The notes beneath the pieces were generated by a model. The model was given only the letters and a program-made list of their open reading frames with translations. It was not told where the DNA came from and did no database searches. A stretch of 5,268 nt of DNA from Octopus sinensis (Eukaryota): assembly GCF_006345805.1 (NCBI RefSeq), contig NW_021830045.1, positions 1 to 5,268 of the forward strand, read 5' to 3'. A program made the position numbers and the translations under genes. Every line of letters begins with the position of its first letter. Position 1 is the stretch's first letter. This document shows positions 5,025 to 5,268 of the stretch, one piece after another.

Positions 5025-5268
5025 GCAGTGGTTGGGCTGCGGCCATGCTGTGGCACCGCCTTGAAGGGTTTTAGCCGAAAAATTATCCTCTTGACTTTAC
5101 TGATACTATCGATCTCCTTTGCCGAACCGCTATGTTACAGGGGTATAAACTAACACCGATTGTCAAGCAAAAAGGGGAGAAACACGGGCACACATAGATA
5201 TTCATGCATGATGGGCTTCCATACGGTTTCCATTTGCCAAATCCACTCACAAGGTATTGGTCAGCCCG
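5025..5268 (-). mobile_element. Older, more diverged family A SINE (copy A5), running off the window end
   Basis: CTGCGGCCATGCTG...TTTGCCGAACCGCTA.GTTAC...TTGTCAAGC...GGGCTTCC...CCAAATCCACTCACAAGG are reverse complements of A1/A4 blocks. The internal microsatellite is decayed (~5181-5212). The left boundary is uncertain (5025-5032). Confidence 0.82.

Overview
Eukaryotic, almost entirely repetitive DNA with no supportable intact protein-coding gene, RNA gene or CRISPR array. The window holds compound microsatellites ((TATC)n, (TACC)n, (AC)n, (TA)n, (TACA)n) and eight tRNA-derived SINE copies. Five belong to one ~410-bp family with an internal (TA)n(TG)n tract (family A), two are related copies of a second type (family B), and one is CORE-like (family C). 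There are also two adjacent ~215-bp mariner-derived MITEs that keep the transposase C-terminus, and a heavily frameshifted fossil of the restriction-enzyme-like (REL) endonuclease domain of an R2/R4/NeSL-type non-LTR retrotransposon. From memory the SINEs resemble Octopus SINE families, so an octopod cephalopod intron or intergenic origin is inferred but not verified. The listed ORFs are artefacts of microsatellites and SINE antisense strands. The most notable structure is that the eight SINEs strictly alternate in orientation, giving several close inverted pairs that could form long dsRNA. I see no strong evidence for a wholly new biological system.
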